A DNA stretch of 64,000 nucleotides. Source: Gammaproteobacteria bacterium. GTDB lineage: Bacteria > Pseudomonadota > Gammaproteobacteria > Steroidobacterales > Rariloculaceae. The notes under the pieces are model-generated. The model searched no databases. It had not been told where the DNA came from and worked only from the letters and a program-made list of their open reading frames with translations. Of the stretch, positions 1-12,105 are shown in pieces; positions within the stretch are counted from its first letter, which is position 1; the number at the start of each line of letters is the position of its first letter. The DNA lies in the NCBI GenBank assembly GCA_035513215.1, contig DATKCK010000106.1, positions 15,651 through 79,650 on the forward strand, written 5' to 3'. A program made the translations under genes and the position numbers.

Positions 1-122
1 CCAGCATAGACCTTTCCGATACGGTCTCTGCGCTGCCGTGCCGTCTCGATTACGCCGCACGCGGTTGCATTGATCACGGCCGTAACGCCGCCGGACTGCG
101 CGTAGAACGCATTTGGCTTCAT
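1..122 (-). CDS. pfk: 6-phosphofructokinase (PfkA / PPi-PFK family), N-terminal ~40 codons only; the gene continues past the window start
   Basis: Reverse complement of 1-122 starts at CAT 120-122 and reads MKPNAFYAQSGGVTAVINATACGVIETARQRRDRIGKVYAG. This matches the PFK N-terminal nucleotide-binding pattern (AQSGG.T..IN). Absent from the ORF track because it is truncated. Confidence 0.7.
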   Translation of the reverse strand, partial: MKPNAFYAQSGGVTAVINATACGVIETARQRRDRIGKVYA

Positions 123-244
123 TCTTCCTCCGGGAGAACGGATCCTTCCTCGATCGCCAGAATAGCAAAGCCGAGTTCGCGATTGACGCTGCTTTCGGTG
201 GCAGCTAGCTTAGCCCGCCTCTTCGAGGCGGACGAGGTCAAGTC

Positions 245-901
245 ATGCGCATCGTCATGTTGGGTGCTCCGGGCTCGGGCAAGGGCACACAGGCCAAGAG
301 ACTGGAGGCACAGCATCGTTTGCCCCAGGTCTCGACGGGTGACCTTCTGCGCCAGGCCGTTGCGGACGAGACGGCGCTCGGTCTCAAGGCCAAGGCCGCG
401 ATGGACGCCGGCGACCTCGTATCGGACGACATCGTTCTCGGCATGATCAAGGAGCGCATAGCGCTCGACGATGCGAGGAACGGATTCATTCTGGACGGCT
501 ATCCACGCAACCGGCGGCAGGCACTGGACCTCGCGGCGGTTTTTTCCGAGCTCGGTCTGGCGCTCGATGCCGCCGCGCTCATGGATGTGCCGACCGAGGT
601 TCTGATGAAGCGCCTGACGGGCCGGCGTACGTGCTCTCTGACCGGCAAGCTGCTCAATATCTATTTCTCGTCACGGGACGAGATCGACGCCTGCGTCAGG
701 AACGGCGGCGAGCTCTTGCAGCGCAAGGACGACAACGAAGAGACGATAGCCAAGCGTCTTCAGGTCTACGAGCGCGCGACCGCGCCTCTGATCGAGCATT
801 ACCGGGACCAGGGGTTCTTGAAGACGATAGCCGCCGACGCGCCAGTGGACGAGGTTTACGAGCGGCTCGTCAGCGCTCTTGGCCTGAAACGAGGGGCTTG
901 A
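245..901 (+). CDS. adk: adenylate kinase
   Basis: 218 aa. P-loop MRIVMLGAPGSGKGTQA, VSTGDLLR, LID segment GRR...RKDD, ILDGYPR. Confidence 0.97.
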   Translation: MRIVMLGAPGSGKGTQAKRLEAQHRLPQVSTGDLLRQAVADETALGLKAKAAMDAGDLVSDDIVLGMIKERIALDDARNGFILDGYPRNRRQALDLAAVFSELGLALDAAALMDVPTEVLMKRLTGRRTCSLTGKLLNIYFSSRDEIDACVRNGGELLQRKDDNEETIAKRLQVYERATAPLIEHYRDQGFLKTIAADAPVDEVYERLVSALGLKRGA

Positions 902-1967
902 GAATCTCGTCGAGTATCGATCGCCGCCAGCCCGATGACAGCGACTCGGAAAGCTGACCCGACGCGGCCATCGCGATTTCGCGCCGCGTAGCCAGCAGCT
1001 CGGGCTGGATATCGAGCTCCTCGGCGCGCGCCCTGACCGCGGCCTGAATCGACTTGACGACGGCCTTGTCGGGCACCGGCCTGTCGGTCGCATCGAGTGC
1101 GGGTTCTGCCTCGCGAATCGCCGTCAGCAGTAAAGCGCCCGAGCTCGCAATGAGCTTCGGCGGCAGATTCTCGATGCGCTCGAGATCGGCGGGCGAACCG
1201 GGCAGAGTCTGGGCGATCCTGACGAGCTGATCGTCGGCCAGTATCCAGCGCCTGGGCCGGTTCTTTGCTTTCGCCCGCCGCTCGCGCCAGTCGAGCAGGG
1301 CAATGGCGGCCGCGCGCCGTTTGCCGCTGAGGGTTCCCGCGCCCCGGGTTCTTTCGAGGAGGGTCGAGAGGTCCGCCTCGATCGGAATGGCGAGCTGCCG
1401 CGCGCAGTCTTCCTCGAACCAGGCAGCCCGGCCTCTGGACTCGAGCTCGGTCGCGAGCTCGAGCCATGCCGGGATCAGATAGCGGACGTCATCGAGCGCA
1501 TAACGAACGAGCGGCCCGGGCAACGGCCTCCGGCTCCAGTCGGCCCGCGTATGCTCTTTCCCAATCGTGACGCCGAGTGTTTTCTCGAGCAGGCCTTGCA
1601 ATCCGGTCTGCAGCGGCAGGCCGATCAGGGCCGCCGCGATCTGCGTATCGATCAGTCTGGCGGGCAGCTTGCCCGCGCGATTGAACAGAACCTCGAGATC
1701 CTGACGCGCGCTGTGCAAGAGCCAGCTCTTGTCCGGCGAATGGAGCGTGGCAAGGAGCGGGTCGAGATCGATCGCCGCGAGGCAGTCGACCGCCGCAATG
1801 CTTGTTGCCGTCGCGATCTGGAGCACGCAAAGCTCGGGGTAGTAGGTTCGTTCGCGCACGAACTCCGTGTCGAGCGCCACGAGATCCACGTCGGCGATTC
1901 GCTCGCACAACTCGCGAAGGGCGCGCGAGTCGTCGATCAGGGGGTATTCAATCGGCTCCTGGCGCAT
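870..1967 (-). CDS. rnd: ribonuclease D
   Basis: 365 aa. DEDD 3'-5' exonuclease motifs (ALDTEFVRERTYYPELCVLQIA, YALDDVRYL) followed by an HRDC-like C-terminal region. Its 3' end overlaps the adk 3' end (convergent). Confidence 0.9.
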   Translation of the reverse strand: MRQEPIEYPLIDDSRALRELCERIADVDLVALDTEFVRERTYYPELCVLQIATATSIAAVDCLAAIDLDPLLATLHSPDKSWLLHSARQDLEVLFNRAGKLPARLIDTQIAAALIGLPLQTGLQGLLEKTLGVTIGKEHTRADWSRRPLPGPLVRYALDDVRYLIPAWLELATELESRGRAAWFEEDCARQLAIPIEADLSTLLERTRGAGTLSGKRRAAAIALLDWRERRAKAKNRPRRWILADDQLVRIAQTLPGSPADLERIENLPPKLIASSGALLLTAIREAEPALDATDRPVPDKAVVKSIQAAVRARAEELDIQPELLATRREIAMAASGQLSESLSSGWRRSILDEILKPLVSGQER

Positions 1968-2027
1968 AGGCAGCGGCGATTATTGCATAGGGTATGATCG
2001 CGCCATGGTGTCCTGGATATCGATCGC

Positions 2028-2543
2028 GTGTGGCAATTAGCATGGGCAATCGGCGAGATCGCGCTGCGTCGCCGAGGGCCGGAAAACCTCCCGGACTCGA
2101 CTTTTCTGACCGGTTTCTTGCTGACGGGCTACGTGTTCGTCGCCCTGATCCAACTCCTAGTACATGGGGCGTTGAGCTGGCTCAGTCTCGGCAATCTGGC
2201 GGCTCAGATCGCCCTGATTTTCGCCTTCGTGTTTGCCGTGCTGACGTTCTTCAAGCTGGAGCGGCGCTTTCGGCAGACGATGAGCGCGATCCTCGGGGTC
2301 AACATAGTCGTAGTCCTGGTTTACCTCCCTCTCGCTCTCGGCGGCCGAGTGCTGAACCTGGATCTCGACGGCGAGCCCTGGTTTTGGGTCATGCTCGGAT
2401 TCGTTCTTTGGTCCGTCTTGATGGAGGCTCACATATTGGCTCGCGCCGTGAGCCAGCCTCTGATTCTCGGATTCATGCTCGAGATACTGTACGTGCTTCC
2501 ATCGCTGAGCATCAGCGAGTTTTTTCTGGCGGCGACTGACTGA
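2028..2543 (+). CDS. hypothetical polytopic inner-membrane protein (4-5 predicted TM segments)
   Basis: 171 aa and very hydrophobic. The stop TGA (2541-2543) overlaps the mpl ATG (2543) by 1 nt, suggesting translational coupling. I recognise no family motif. Confidence 0.5.
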   Translation: MWQLAWAIGEIALRRRGPENLPDSTFLTGFLLTGYVFVALIQLLVHGALSWLSLGNLAAQIALIFAFVFAVLTFFKLERRFRQTMSAILGVNIVVVLVYLPLALGGRVLNLDLDGEPWFWVMLGFVLWSVLMEAHILARAVSQPLILGFMLEILYVLPSLSISEFFLAATD

Positions 2544-3928
2544 TGCGTATCCACATCCTCGGCATTTGCGGCACTTTCATGGGCGGCATCGCTGCGCTGG
2601 CCAAGGCGGCGGGACACCAGGTATCCGGGTCCGACGAGAACGTCTATCCGCCGATGAGCACGCAGCTACGCAAGCTCGGCATCAAGCTCCAGGAGGGTTA
2701 CGATCCCAAGCACCTCGCGTCCGATCTCGATTGCGTCCTCGTCGGCAACGTGCTGAGCCGCGGCAATCCGGCCGTCGAGGCGCTGCTCGATTCGGGAATG
2801 CCGTTCTACTCGGGCCCCGAGTGGCTCGCCCGCAACGTGCTCGTCGGCCGATGGGTCATGGCCGTGGCCGGCACGCATGGGAAGACGACGACGAGCAGCA
2901 TGCTCGCGTGGATCCTCGACTACGCCGGTCTCGAACCCGGGTTTCTGGTGGGCGGCGTGCCGCAGGACTTCTCGATCTCGGCGCGCCTAGGACGGTCGCG
3001 CTATTTCGTCGTCGAAGCGGACGAGTACGACACGGCCTTCTTCGACAAGCGCGCGAAATTCGTTCATTATCGACCGAAGACGCTCGCTATTACGAACATC
3101 GAGTTCGACCATGCGGACATCTATCCCGATCTCGATTCGATCCTGTGGCAGTTTCACCAATTGTTGCGCGTCGTTCCTCGATCGGGACTCGTTGCCGCAA
3201 ACGCGCGAAGCGATGCAATCGAGAAGCTGCTCAAGATGGGCGTCTGGACGCCGGTCGAGACATTCACTGCGACGGACGCCCCGGCGGACTGGTCGGCGGA
3301 CTACGAGCTGATCGGCGCCAAGAGCAGATTCAGCGTGCTGCACAAGGGCGAGAGAGTCGGACAGGCAGGCTGGGCGCTACTCGGCCGGCACAATCTCGAG
3401 AACGCGCTGGCTGCGGTCAGCGCGGCAGCGCATGCGGGGGTCGATGTCGATCTGGCGCTCGAGGCGTTGTCGAGGTTCAAAGGTGTCAAGCGGCGCCTGG
3501 AAAAACGCGGCGTGTTTCACGGCGTATCTCTCTACGAGGACTTTGCGCACCATCCGACGGCAATCACTCAGACGCTTGCGGCGCTGCGCGCGCAGCAGGG
3601 TGACCGCAGAATCGTGGCCATCGTCGAGCCACGCTCGAATACGATGCGCATGGGTGTCCATCGAGACGCGCTGACGAAGTCGCTGGCCGATGCCGATCAG
3701 GTCTACGTGCTCGAGTCCAAAGGGCTGCAATGGGATCCGCGCTCGGTGCTGGCCGGCATAGGCGACAAGCTTCGAGTTGAATCGGATGTGAGAAGCATCG
3801 TCGACAACGTGCTTGCCGATTCCCGTTCCGGCGATCAGATCGTCATGATGTCGAACGGGAGCTTCGATGGACTGCCGAGGTTGCTGCAGCAAGCCTTCAA
3901 GAGCGCCGACAGCCTCGGAGAGCACTGA
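2543..3928 (+). CDS. mpl: UDP-N-acetylmuramate:L-alanyl-gamma-D-glutamyl-meso-diaminopimelate ligase (murein peptide ligase)
   Basis: 461 aa. N-terminus [39 protein letters not shown] is typical of Mpl. Mur-ligase P-loop [11 protein letters not shown]. Confidence 0.93.
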   Translation: MRIHILGICGTFMGGIAALAKAAGHQVSGSDENVYPPMSTQLRKLGIKLQEGYDPKHLASDLDCVLVGNVLSRGNPAVEALLDSGMPFYSGPEWLARNVLVGRWVMAVAGTHGKTTTSSMLAWILDYAGLEPGFLVGGVPQDFSISARLGRSRYFVVEADEYDTAFFDKRAKFVHYRPKTLAITNIEFDHADIYPDLDSILWQFHQLLRVVPRSGLVAANARSDAIEKLLKMGVWTPVETFTATDAPADWSADYELIGAKSRFSVLHKGERVGQAGWALLGRHNLENALAAVSAAAHAGVDVDLALEALSRFKGVKRRLEKRGVFHGVSLYEDFAHHPTAITQTLAALRAQQGDRRIVAIVEPRSNTMRMGVHRDALTKSLADADQVYVLESKGLQWDPRSVLAGIGDKLRVESDVRSIVDNVLADSRSGDQIVMMSNGSFDGLPRLLQQAFKSADSLGEH

Positions 3929-3930
3929 GC

Positions 3931-4095
3931 GTGAAGACCTATATGTGCCTGATCTGCGGCTACATCTACAATGAGGCCGCCGGTTGTCCCGAGGAGGGCA
4001 TCCCGCCGGGGACGTGCTGGGAGGATGTTCCCCTGTCGTGGCGCTGCCCCGACTGCGGGTCGGGCAAGGAGGACTTCGAGATGGTCGAAGTCTGA
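3931..4095 (+). CDS. rubredoxin (54 aa)
   Basis: Not in the ORF track because it is under 60 aa. GTG 3931 (or ATG 3943) to TGA 4093-4095 reads [54 protein letters not shown]. It carries both rubredoxin iron-binding knuckles, C-x-x-C-G and C-P-x-C-G, with the conserved aromatic residues. Confidence 0.85.
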   Translation: MKTYMCLICGYIYNEAAGCPEEGIPPGTCWEDVPLSWRCPDCGSGKEDFEMVEV

Positions 4096-4106
4096 GCCGT
4101 TCGACG

Positions 4107-4925
4107 CTAGGGGTCGAGCCAGACGACTTTCGTGTCTATTTGCCCGTCGGGGTGGAGGGTGAGCCAGCGCATGCCGGGCGGGCGGCTGTCGATGGCGAAG
4201 AAATCACTGCTTGGGAGGAACTGCGAGCAGGTCGAGGGGGCGCTCATGAAGCGGATGTCGCCGCGCGTTCGCTCGGACGCCTGGTGAACGTGTCCCCATA
4301 ACACGGCTCTGACGCTTGTGCTGGCATCGAGCGCGGCGAGGAAGTTTTCGGCGTCTCGCAATCCGACACCGTCGAGCCAGGCGCTGCCCATATTCAAGGG
4401 TTGATGATGCATGCAGACGACGATGTGCTGGGTCTCGTGTTCCTTCAGAGAGGCGGTCAGCGCTTCGAGCCTTCTCCCGCCGAGGCCGCCCGCGTCTTCA
4501 CCGGTCAGAAATGTGTTGAGCAGAATGAAAGACCAGTTTCTCAGTCGTCGTGACCCGCAAAACTGGAATGGCTCGCCGCTCAGTATTTCGTCCATCAGCT
4601 TCGGGTCATCGTGATTGCCGGGCAGGCATAAGACCGTGACTTCGAGCTGCTCCATCTCGGAGCGAAACAGCTCGTATCCTGCGCGGCTTTCGTCTTGCAC
4701 GATGTCGCCGCTGACGATGACCGCGTCGGCCGGCCAGTACTTATCGGCACGGGCCCGATCGAGAACGGCACGGAAGGTGTCGTACGTGTTGACCCCGCGC
4801 ATCCGGCTGTCCTTCGTCGCGTGCAGGTGAGTATCGCTGATCTGCAGCAGGCGAAGGGCGGTGTCGCTCGAGTTCTCGGACATGGCGCGTTGCGATTTCT
4901 GATTCGAGCGCATTATCTTACTCAA
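4107..4925 (-). CDS. cpdA: 3',5'-cyclic-nucleotide phosphodiesterase (calcineurin-like metallophosphoesterase, CpdA type)
   Basis: 272 aa. Metallophosphoesterase motifs ISDTHL, SGDIV, GNHDD, MHHQP, GHVH. An alternative start at 4883 (MSENSS...) is possible. Confidence 0.8.
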   Translation of the reverse strand: MSKIMRSNQKSQRAMSENSSDTALRLLQISDTHLHATKDSRMRGVNTYDTFRAVLDRARADKYWPADAVIVSGDIVQDESRAGYELFRSEMEQLEVTVLCLPGNHDDPKLMDEILSGEPFQFCGSRRLRNWSFILLNTFLTGEDAGGLGGRRLEALTASLKEHETQHIVVCMHHQPLNMGSAWLDGVGLRDAENFLAALDASTSVRAVLWGHVHQASERTRGDIRFMSAPSTCSQFLPSSDFFAIDSRPPGMRWLTLHPDGQIDTKVVWLDP

Positions 4926-5041
4926 TGCAGCATCCCGGCTCTCGGATTTGGCTCACATATCAATCTGGGGTGCGGTTGCGTGGCGCGAGGCGCCTGAGCG
5001 AAAATCGAGCTTCCGATCCGCAAAGACAACCACAATAATTC

Positions 5042-7069
5042 ATGGCATCGAGTAGCGAGAAGGTCACGGCGGCCGGGCGGCCGTCCCGGCGCGAGCTTGC
5101 GAACGCGATTCGGGCGCTGTCGATGGACGCCGTGCAGGCGGCCAATTCGGGTCATCCCGGCATGCCTATGGGCATGGCCGATATCGCCGAGGTCCTGTGG
5201 AACGATTTCCTGCGGTTCAGTCCGCTCGATCCTGCGTGGCCGAACCGGGACCGTTTCGTGCTCTCGAACGGACATGGCTCGATGCTTCTGTATTCGGTGT
5301 CATATCTGACCGGATACCCGCTCGGCATCGACGAGATCAAGGCCTTTCGTCAGCTCGATTCGCGGACTGCGGGTCATCCCGAAAGAGAAATCGAGATCGG
5401 AATCGAGACGACGACGGGTCCGCTCGGGCAGGGACTCGCCAATGCCGTCGGAATGGCACTCGCCGAAAAGATCCTCGCCGGTCAGTTCAACCGTCCGGGT
5501 CATGAGATCGTCGACCATCATACCTACGTTTTCGTCGGCGACGGTTGCCTGATGGAAGGCATTTCGCACGAAGCATGTTCGCTGGCCGGAACTCTCGCGC
5601 TAGGAAAGCTGATCGCCATCTACGACGATAACGGTATTTCGATCGACGGAGAGACCAAAGGCTGGTTTCGCGACGACACGCCGATGCGGTTCCGGGCTTA
5701 CGGCTGGCACGTGATCGAAAACGTGGACGGGCATGACCCGGATGCAGTTGCGGCGGCGATCGAATCGGCGCGCGCGGAGACGGCCAGGCCCTCGCTCGTT
5801 TGTTGCAAGACGATCATCGGCTACGGCGCCCCCAACAAGCAGGGGACAGCGGCGACGCACGGGTCGGCGCTTGGGCCCCATGAGGTGGCCGCCGCCAGAG
5901 AGGCGCTCGGCTGGCCGCACGCCCCGTTCGAGGTGCCGGCGCATCTCAAGAACGTCTGGGACGCGCGCGAGCGCGGCCGCGAGCTCGTCGTTGCCTGGCA
6001 GAAGAAGCTCGAGAGCTATCGCGGCGCGCACGCCGAGCTTGCGACGGAGTTTGTGCGCCGGATCGGCGCCGAGCTGCCGAACGACTGGGCCGCATCGGCG
6101 GACGCGGTCATCGAAGCGATGGCAGACGAGGCATCGGCTGTTGCCACGCGCAAGGCCTCGGAACGCGCACTCGAAGGATTCGGCCCGTTGCTACCCGAGC
6201 TCGTCGGAGGGTCCGCGGATCTGACCGGCTCTAACAATACGTGGTTCTCGCGCTCTAAGCAGATCACGGACAACGATGCGAGCGGCAACTACATCTATTT
6301 CGGCGTCCGCGAGTTCGGCATGGGCGCGATCATGAGCGGCCTCGCCCTTCACGGCGGGCTGATACCCTACGGCGGGACCTTCCTCGTGTTCAGCGATTAC
6401 GCGCGCAACAGCATCCGCATGGCGTCGCTGATGAGACTGCAGACGATTTTCGTGCTGACGCACGATTCGATCGGTCTCGGCGAGGACGGGCCGACGCACC
6501 AGCCCGTGGAGCATTTGGCGAGCCTGCGCGCCATTCCGAACCTCGAGGTCTGGCGTCCGGCGGACGCGGTCGAGACCGGGGTTGCCTGGCGCCTGGCACT
6601 CGAACGCCGGGACGGGCCGACCTGCCTCGCGTTGAGCCGGCAGAACCTGCCCCACATCGTGCGCACGCGGGATCAGATCGCGACGATTGCGCGCGGCGCC
6701 TACATAGTGATGAACAGCGATCGAGCTCCCGATCTTGTTCTGATCGCAACCGGCTCCGAGCTCGGCCTTGCGGTCGACGCGGCTCGCGAGCTCGAGGCCG
6801 GCGGGATGGCCGTTCGGGTTGTCTCGATGCCTTCGGTCGAACGCTTCGAGGCCCAGGAGCAGTCGTACCGGGAACACGTGTTGCCCGCGGGCACGGCTCG
6901 AGTGATTATCGAGGCCGGTGTCGCCGATGGCTGGTGGCGCTTTGCGGGCAATCGAGGCGCCATCATCGCGATGAGCTCGTTCGGACACTCGGCGCCGGCG
7001 AAGCAGCTCTTCGAACGCTTCGGATTCACGGTAGAGGCGGTCGTCGAGGCGGCGCGCCGTCTCGCCTGA
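5042..7069 (+). CDS. tkt: transketolase
   Basis: 675 aa. [13 protein letters not shown], the ThDP motif [29 protein letters not shown]. Confidence 0.97.
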   Translation: MASSSEKVTAAGRPSRRELANAIRALSMDAVQAANSGHPGMPMGMADIAEVLWNDFLRFSPLDPAWPNRDRFVLSNGHGSMLLYSVSYLTGYPLGIDEIKAFRQLDSRTAGHPEREIEIGIETTTGPLGQGLANAVGMALAEKILAGQFNRPGHEIVDHHTYVFVGDGCLMEGISHEACSLAGTLALGKLIAIYDDNGISIDGETKGWFRDDTPMRFRAYGWHVIENVDGHDPDAVAAAIESARAETARPSLVCCKTIIGYGAPNKQGTAATHGSALGPHEVAAAREALGWPHAPFEVPAHLKNVWDARERGRELVVAWQKKLESYRGAHAELATEFVRRIGAELPNDWAASADAVIEAMADEASAVATRKASERALEGFGPLLPELVGGSADLTGSNNTWFSRSKQITDNDASGNYIYFGVREFGMGAIMSGLALHGGLIPYGGTFLVFSDYARNSIRMASLMRLQTIFVLTHDSIGLGEDGPTHQPVEHLASLRAIPNLEVWRPADAVETGVAWRLALERRDGPTCLALSRQNLPHIVRTRDQIATIARGAYIVMNSDRAPDLVLIATGSELGLAVDAARELEAGGMAVRVVSMPSVERFEAQEQSYREHVLPAGTARVIIEAGVADGWWRFAGNRGAIIAMSSFGHSAPAKQLFERFGFTVEAVVEAARRLA

Positions 7070-7123
7070 TGCAGATGTGCGCAGGAATATAGAGCAGGCT
7101 CAAGGGCCAAAAGGACGCTAGCT

Positions 7124-8137
7124 ATGCCGATCAAAATCGCGATCAATGGATACGGCCGGATCGGCCGCAATGTGCTTCGAGCACTGTACGAGGGGAAGCG
7201 TCGCGGCGAGATTCAAATCGTCGCGGTCAACGATCTCGGCGATGCCAGGACGAATGCGCATCTGACACGCTACGACTCCGCTCACGGGCCGTTCCCGTTC
7301 GAGGTTGCGGTCGACGGCGATGCGCTCGTCGTCGACGGAGACAGAATTGCCGTTTGCGCCGAGAGAGATCCCGGCAAGCTGCCGTGGTCCAGGCTCGGCG
7401 TCGATGTCGTGCTCGAGTGCACGGGTTTATTTGCGTCGAAGGAGAAAGCCTCGCCACATCTGACTGCGGGCGCCAAGAAGGTCGTGATCTCGGCCCCGGC
7501 CGGCAAGGCCGTCGACGCGACGATCGTATACGGCGTCAATCATGACACGCTCAAAGCATCGCATACCGTCATCTCCAACGCCTCCTGCACGACCAATTGC
7601 CTGGCTCCGCTCGCCATGGCAGTGAACGATGCCGTCGGAATCGAGTACGGCCTGATGACGACGATCCATGCGTACACGAACGATCAGGTCCTGACCGACG
7701 TTTACCACGAGGACTTGAGGCGCGCCCGGTCTGCGACTCAATCGATGATACCGACCAAGACCGGCGCCGCGGCGGCGGTCGGGCTCGTGCTGCCCGAGCT
7801 CGATGGCAGGCTCGACGGGTTCGCCGTTCGCGTGCCGACGATCAATGTCTCGATTGTCGATCTCACTTTCCAGGCCTCGCGCGCAACGACGGTCGAGGAG
7901 ATCAACGGGGCCGTCAGGTCGGCGAGCGAGGGGGCACTGGCCGGAATACTCACGTACAACGATGAGCCGCTCGTCTCGATAGACTTCAACCATAACCCTG
8001 CCTCTTCCATCTTCGACGCCGGGTTGACGAAGGTGCTCGGAGGCACGCAGGTCAAGGTTTGCGCCTGGTATGACAACGAGTGGGGATTCTCGAATCGCAT
8101 GCTCGATACGACCCTGGCGCTGATGGCGGCGCGCTGA
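7124..8137 (+). CDS. gap: glyceraldehyde-3-phosphate dehydrogenase (type I)
   Basis: 337 aa. NGYGRIGR Rossmann N-terminus, the active site [23 protein letters not shown]. Confidence 0.97.
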   Translation: MPIKIAINGYGRIGRNVLRALYEGKRRGEIQIVAVNDLGDARTNAHLTRYDSAHGPFPFEVAVDGDALVVDGDRIAVCAERDPGKLPWSRLGVDVVLECTGLFASKEKASPHLTAGAKKVVISAPAGKAVDATIVYGVNHDTLKASHTVISNASCTTNCLAPLAMAVNDAVGIEYGLMTTIHAYTNDQVLTDVYHEDLRRARSATQSMIPTKTGAAAAVGLVLPELDGRLDGFAVRVPTINVSIVDLTFQASRATTVEEINGAVRSASEGALAGILTYNDEPLVSIDFNHNPASSIFDAGLTKVLGGTQVKVCAWYDNEWGFSNRMLDTTLALMAAR

Positions 8138-8147
8138 GGTCCGAACC

Positions 8148-9353
8148 ATGACGGCTCCGCTCGAGATGTCAGGGCTTGGCCTCAACGGCAAGCGCGTATT
8201 GATCCGCGCCGATCTCAATGTCCCAATCGAGAACGGCAAGGTCGGGAGCGATGCCCGGCTTCGCGCCGTCCTGCCGACGCTCAAGAGCGCGCTCGGTCAG
8301 AACGCTCGCGTCATACTGATGTCGCATCTCGGCCGGCCGGAGGAGGGCAGGCCAGATCCCAAGTACTCCCTCGCTCCCGTCGCCGACAGGCTCGGCGAGC
8401 TGCTCGGGCGCGAAGTTCGGCTCGCGCGCAATTGGCTCGACGGCGTCGAGGTCGAACCCGGCGAGCTCGTTCTGGCCGAGAACGTTCGATTCGAGGCGGG
8501 CGAGAAGAAGAACGATCCCGCGCTTGCGCGACGCATGGCGGCGCTTTGCGACGTCTTCGTCATGGATGCTTTCGGCACGGCGCATCGCGCGCAGGCGAGC
8601 ACGGTCGGTGTTGCCGAGCTTGCTCCGGTGGCTTGTGCCGGTCCCTTGCTTAGCGCCGAGCTCAAGGCGCTTTCCGCCGCGCTCGAGAGTCCGCGACGCC
8701 CGCTCGTCGCAATCGTCGGCGGCGCGAAGGTATCGACGAAGCTCGGCGTCCTGAAAAGCCTCGCCGGCAAGGTCGACAGTCTGATTCTCGGCGGCGGAAT
8801 CGCGAACACGATCATCGCTGCTGCCGGCCACGCCGTCGGCAGATCGCTGCACGAGGCCGAGATGCTCGATTTCGCGCGCGAGCTGCTGGACGGCAAATAC
8901 GGCAAGGCCACGATTCCGCTGGCTACGGATGTCGTCGTTGCGGCGAAGCTCGATTCGCAAGCGAAAGCTTCGACGAAGGCCGTAGCTGACGTCGGTCCCG
9001 ATGAGATGATTCTCGACATCGGACCCGATACAGCACGAATCTATTCGGACGTAATCGCGTCCGCCGGAACGATCGTCTGGAACGGGCCACTCGGCGTCTT
9101 CGAGATCGAGCAATTCGCGGGTGGAACACGAGCCCTGGCCGAAAGCGTTGCCGCGAGCGATGCCTTCTCGATCGTCGGCGGCGGCGACACGCTCGCGGCC
9201 GTCGAGCGCTTCGGCGTCGCCGACCGCATCTCCTATCTATCGACCGGAGGCGGCGCCTTCCTCGAGTTCCTCGAAGGCAAGGAGCTGCCCGCGGTTGCCG
9301 TCCTCAAACGTCGCGCCGAAGACGCCAACCGCCTAAGTGTCCTTTCAGGCTGA
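8148..9353 (+). CDS. pgk: phosphoglycerate kinase
   Basis: 401 aa. [34 protein letters not shown]. It has a short C-terminal extension compared with the E. coli protein as I recall it. Confidence 0.97.
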   Translation: MTAPLEMSGLGLNGKRVLIRADLNVPIENGKVGSDARLRAVLPTLKSALGQNARVILMSHLGRPEEGRPDPKYSLAPVADRLGELLGREVRLARNWLDGVEVEPGELVLAENVRFEAGEKKNDPALARRMAALCDVFVMDAFGTAHRAQASTVGVAELAPVACAGPLLSAELKALSAALESPRRPLVAIVGGAKVSTKLGVLKSLAGKVDSLILGGGIANTIIAAAGHAVGRSLHEAEMLDFARELLDGKYGKATIPLATDVVVAAKLDSQAKASTKAVADVGPDEMILDIGPDTARIYSDVIASAGTIVWNGPLGVFEIEQFAGGTRALAESVAASDAFSIVGGGDTLAAVERFGVADRISYLSTGGGAFLEFLEGKELPAVAVLKRRAEDANRLSVLSG

Positions 9354-10611
9354 GATCGGAATGCTTCGGCGGGCCTTCGACACGGCGCTCGAGGCCGTTG
9401 CACCCGAGCGGCTCGTGCCCGAGGCCCTCGCTCGTATCCAGGACCATGGGCCCGCCGTGGTGCTCGGCGCCGGCAAGGGAGCCGCTGCAATGGCCGCGGC
9501 GTTTCACGCGCACTGGCGCGCGCCCGTCCGGGGGTATGTGGTCACGCGCTACGACCATGGGCTCAAGGCCGGCGAGGAATCGGGTGCGATAGAGATCGTC
9601 GAAGCCGGCCATCCGTCGCCCGACGAGGCGAGTGTCGCGGCGGGCCGAAGGCTTCTCGATCTGGCGGCCGGTCACGCGTCGGACGAGCGATTGTTCTTTC
9701 TCGTCTCGGGCGGAGGGTCCGCGCTCGCTTCGGCGCCGATCGCAGGCATCGATCTCGCGGCCAAGCGTGATGCCGCGAACTTCCTTATGAATGCGGGCGC
9801 GAACATCAGCGAGATCAACTGCGTGCGCAAGCATCTTTCGGCCCTGAAAGGGGGTCGTCTCGCCAAGGCGGCGCATCCGGCTCCGGTGACGACCTATGCG
9901 ATTTCGGACGTTCCCGGCGACGATATCGGCGACATCGCATCGGGTCCGACGATTGCCGACAGGACGACTCAGTCGGACGCGATTCGGATTCTCGGCGACT
10001 ACGGGTATCCGGGCCTGAGCGCGCTGATGGAAGTCTTGGGAAATCCGAGGAACGAATCGCCGAAACCCGACGATCCGGCGTTTCGGAACGATCATTACGA
10101 GCTCATCGGCTCGGCGGCCCGGGCTTTCGCGGCCGCGGCCGAATTCCTGCGCAGCCAGGGCTACGAGGTGCTCGAGCTCGGGGACGATCTCGATCGGGAG
10201 GCCAGGGCTCTGGGGCGGGAGCACGCCGGGCTCGCCCGGGAACGGATCCGGGCAGGGCGGCGCGTCGCTATTCTGTCGGGTGGCGAGGCGCGAGTGGTCA
10301 TCACGCGAACGAACGGTCGCGGCGGCCGCAATCTCGTCTATCTGTCGAGCCTGGCTCTCGCGCTCGACGGGCACCCCGGCATATTCGCGCTGGCGGCGGA
10401 CACGGACGGGATCGACGGCCACGGAGGTCATGCAGGGGGTATCGTTCTGCCTTCGACGATCGCCACGGCTGCCGAGCGCGGTGCTTCGCTAGAGGGATCG
10501 CTCGCCGCCGATGACAGCTATACTTTCTTCGATGCCTGCGATCTCCTGATCCTGACAGGTCCGACGCGAACGAATGTGAACGACTTCCGATTGATCCTAT
10601 GCCATCCGTAG
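9337..10611 (+). CDS. glycerate 2-kinase / hydroxypyruvate reductase-type protein (MOFRL / TtuD family)
   Basis: 424 aa. Family-typical segments [58 protein letters not shown]. The start may instead be the ATG at 9361, which would remove the 17-nt overlap with pgk. Confidence 0.8.
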   Translation: MSFQAEIGMLRRAFDTALEAVAPERLVPEALARIQDHGPAVVLGAGKGAAAMAAAFHAHWRAPVRGYVVTRYDHGLKAGEESGAIEIVEAGHPSPDEASVAAGRRLLDLAAGHASDERLFFLVSGGGSALASAPIAGIDLAAKRDAANFLMNAGANISEINCVRKHLSALKGGRLAKAAHPAPVTTYAISDVPGDDIGDIASGPTIADRTTQSDAIRILGDYGYPGLSALMEVLGNPRNESPKPDDPAFRNDHYELIGSAARAFAAAAEFLRSQGYEVLELGDDLDREARALGREHAGLARERIRAGRRVAILSGGEARVVITRTNGRGGRNLVYLSSLALALDGHPGIFALAADTDGIDGHGGHAGGIVLPSTIATAAERGASLEGSLAADDSYTFFDACDLLILTGPTRTNVNDFRLILCHP

Positions 10612-12095
10612 CCCCGACCGACTCGACGATCGCGATTGCCCGTCACGCGCCCGCCAGGCGCCGGCGCACCAAGATCGTCGCCACGCTCGGGCCCGCGACC
10701 GATGACGAGGACACGCTTGCCAGCCTGTTCGAAACCGGAGTCGATGTCGCGCGCGTGAACTTTTCCCACGGATCGGCCGAGCAGCAGGCCGATCGCATCG
10801 AGCGCGTCAGGCGCGTGGCCAACAGGGTCGGGCGGTACGTCGGCATCATGGGCGACCTGCAGGGGCCGAAGATCCGAATTGAGTCATTCACTGCCGGCCA
10901 GACGCTGTTGCAGAAGGAGGCTGCGTTCACGCTCGATACCGCGATGAACCCTTCGGCCGGCACGGACTCGGCCGTCGGCGTCGCCTATCGCAATCTCGTG
11001 AACGACGTGATCGCCGGGGACATGCTGCTGCTCAACGACGGACAGATCGTGCTGAGCGTCCTCGAGATTACGGGAACCGAAGTGCGCTGCAAGGTTGTGC
11101 GCGGCGGCGTGCTTTCGAATCGCAAAGGGCTGAACAAGCAGGGAGGCGGATTGACCGCCGGTGCGCTGACCGCCAAGGACAGAAAGGACATCGTAACGGC
11201 GGCAAAGCTCGATATCGATTTCATCGCCGTTTCCTTCGTCCGCGGCGCCGGCGATGTCGGCGAGGCGCGTCGGTTGCTGACCGAAGCCGGAGGCTCGGGA
11301 CATATCATTGCCAAGATCGAGCGGGCCGAAGCTGTAGAGAACATCGATGCGATCATCGATGCGAGCAACGCGATCATGGTCGCGCGAGGCGATCTGGCCG
11401 TCGAGGTCGGCTATGCGGCGATGACCGGTCTGCAAAAGGGGCTGATCCGGACGGCGCGCTCGCGCAACAAGGTTTCGATTACGGCAACCCAGATGCTCGA
11501 ATCGATGATATCGAACCCCTCGCCGACGCGTGCCGAGGTCTCCGATGTCGCCAATGCCGTCATGGACGGGACCGACGCCGTCATGCTGTCCGCGGAGACG
11601 GCCGTCGGACAGTATCCGGTCGAAGCGGTACGGACCATGGCGGCTGTCTGCGTCGGCGCCGAGAAGCACGAGACCGCGCGCAGCAGGGTGTTCGTGCGCG
11701 ACGACGATCGCTTCGAGCACGTTGACCAGGCGATCGCGATGGCAGCCATGTATACGGCCAATCATCTGAGCGTCAAAGCGATCATCGCCCTGACCGAATC
11801 GGGCTCCACGGCGTTATGGATGTCGCGCCGGCGCAGTGACATTCCCATCTATGCCCTGACGCGTCACGAAGGCTCGCGGCGCAGGGTGGCTCTCTATCGT
11901 GGCGTCTACCCGGTGTCTTTCGACGTCGTCAAAGTCGAGCGAGACGAGATACGGCGAGCCGCGATCGCGCTGCTGCGCGAATCCGGCGATCTCGCCCCCG
12001 GCGATCTCGTCCTGTTTACCTACGGGCAACAGAAGGGCGTTGCCGGCGCGACCAATACGATGCAGATTCTCACCGTGCCCTTCGACGGCGCATGA
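10599..12095 (+). CDS. pyk: pyruvate kinase
   Basis: 498 aa. [42 protein letters not shown]. Overlaps the glycerate kinase stop by 13 nt. Confidence 0.93.
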   Translation: MPSVAPTDSTIAIARHAPARRRRTKIVATLGPATDDEDTLASLFETGVDVARVNFSHGSAEQQADRIERVRRVANRVGRYVGIMGDLQGPKIRIESFTAGQTLLQKEAAFTLDTAMNPSAGTDSAVGVAYRNLVNDVIAGDMLLLNDGQIVLSVLEITGTEVRCKVVRGGVLSNRKGLNKQGGGLTAGALTAKDRKDIVTAAKLDIDFIAVSFVRGAGDVGEARRLLTEAGGSGHIIAKIERAEAVENIDAIIDASNAIMVARGDLAVEVGYAAMTGLQKGLIRTARSRNKVSITATQMLESMISNPSPTRAEVSDVANAVMDGTDAVMLSAETAVGQYPVEAVRTMAAVCVGAEKHETARSRVFVRDDDRFEHVDQAIAMAAMYTANHLSVKAIIALTESGSTALWMSRRRSDIPIYALTRHEGSRRRVALYRGVYPVSFDVVKVERDEIRRAAIALLRESGDLAPGDLVLFTYGQQKGVAGATNTMQILTVPFDGA

Positions 12096-12105
12096 TTCTG
12101 AAGCA

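Noticed and set aside
215-231. Hairpin CCGCCTC-TTC-GAGGCGG 13 nt upstream of the adk start codon.
   Set aside because: A 7-bp stem in a divergent promoter/5' UTR region, with no partner copies seen in this window and no known adk leader element that I can tie it to. It is too generic to call a feature.
119-489. Short overlapping ORFs (65-87 aa) around the pfk/adk intergenic region and the adk 5' end.
   Set aside because: They overlap adk or the divergent promoter region and have no motifs. They are explained by the real pfk (minus strand, ends at 122) and adk (starts at 245) genes.
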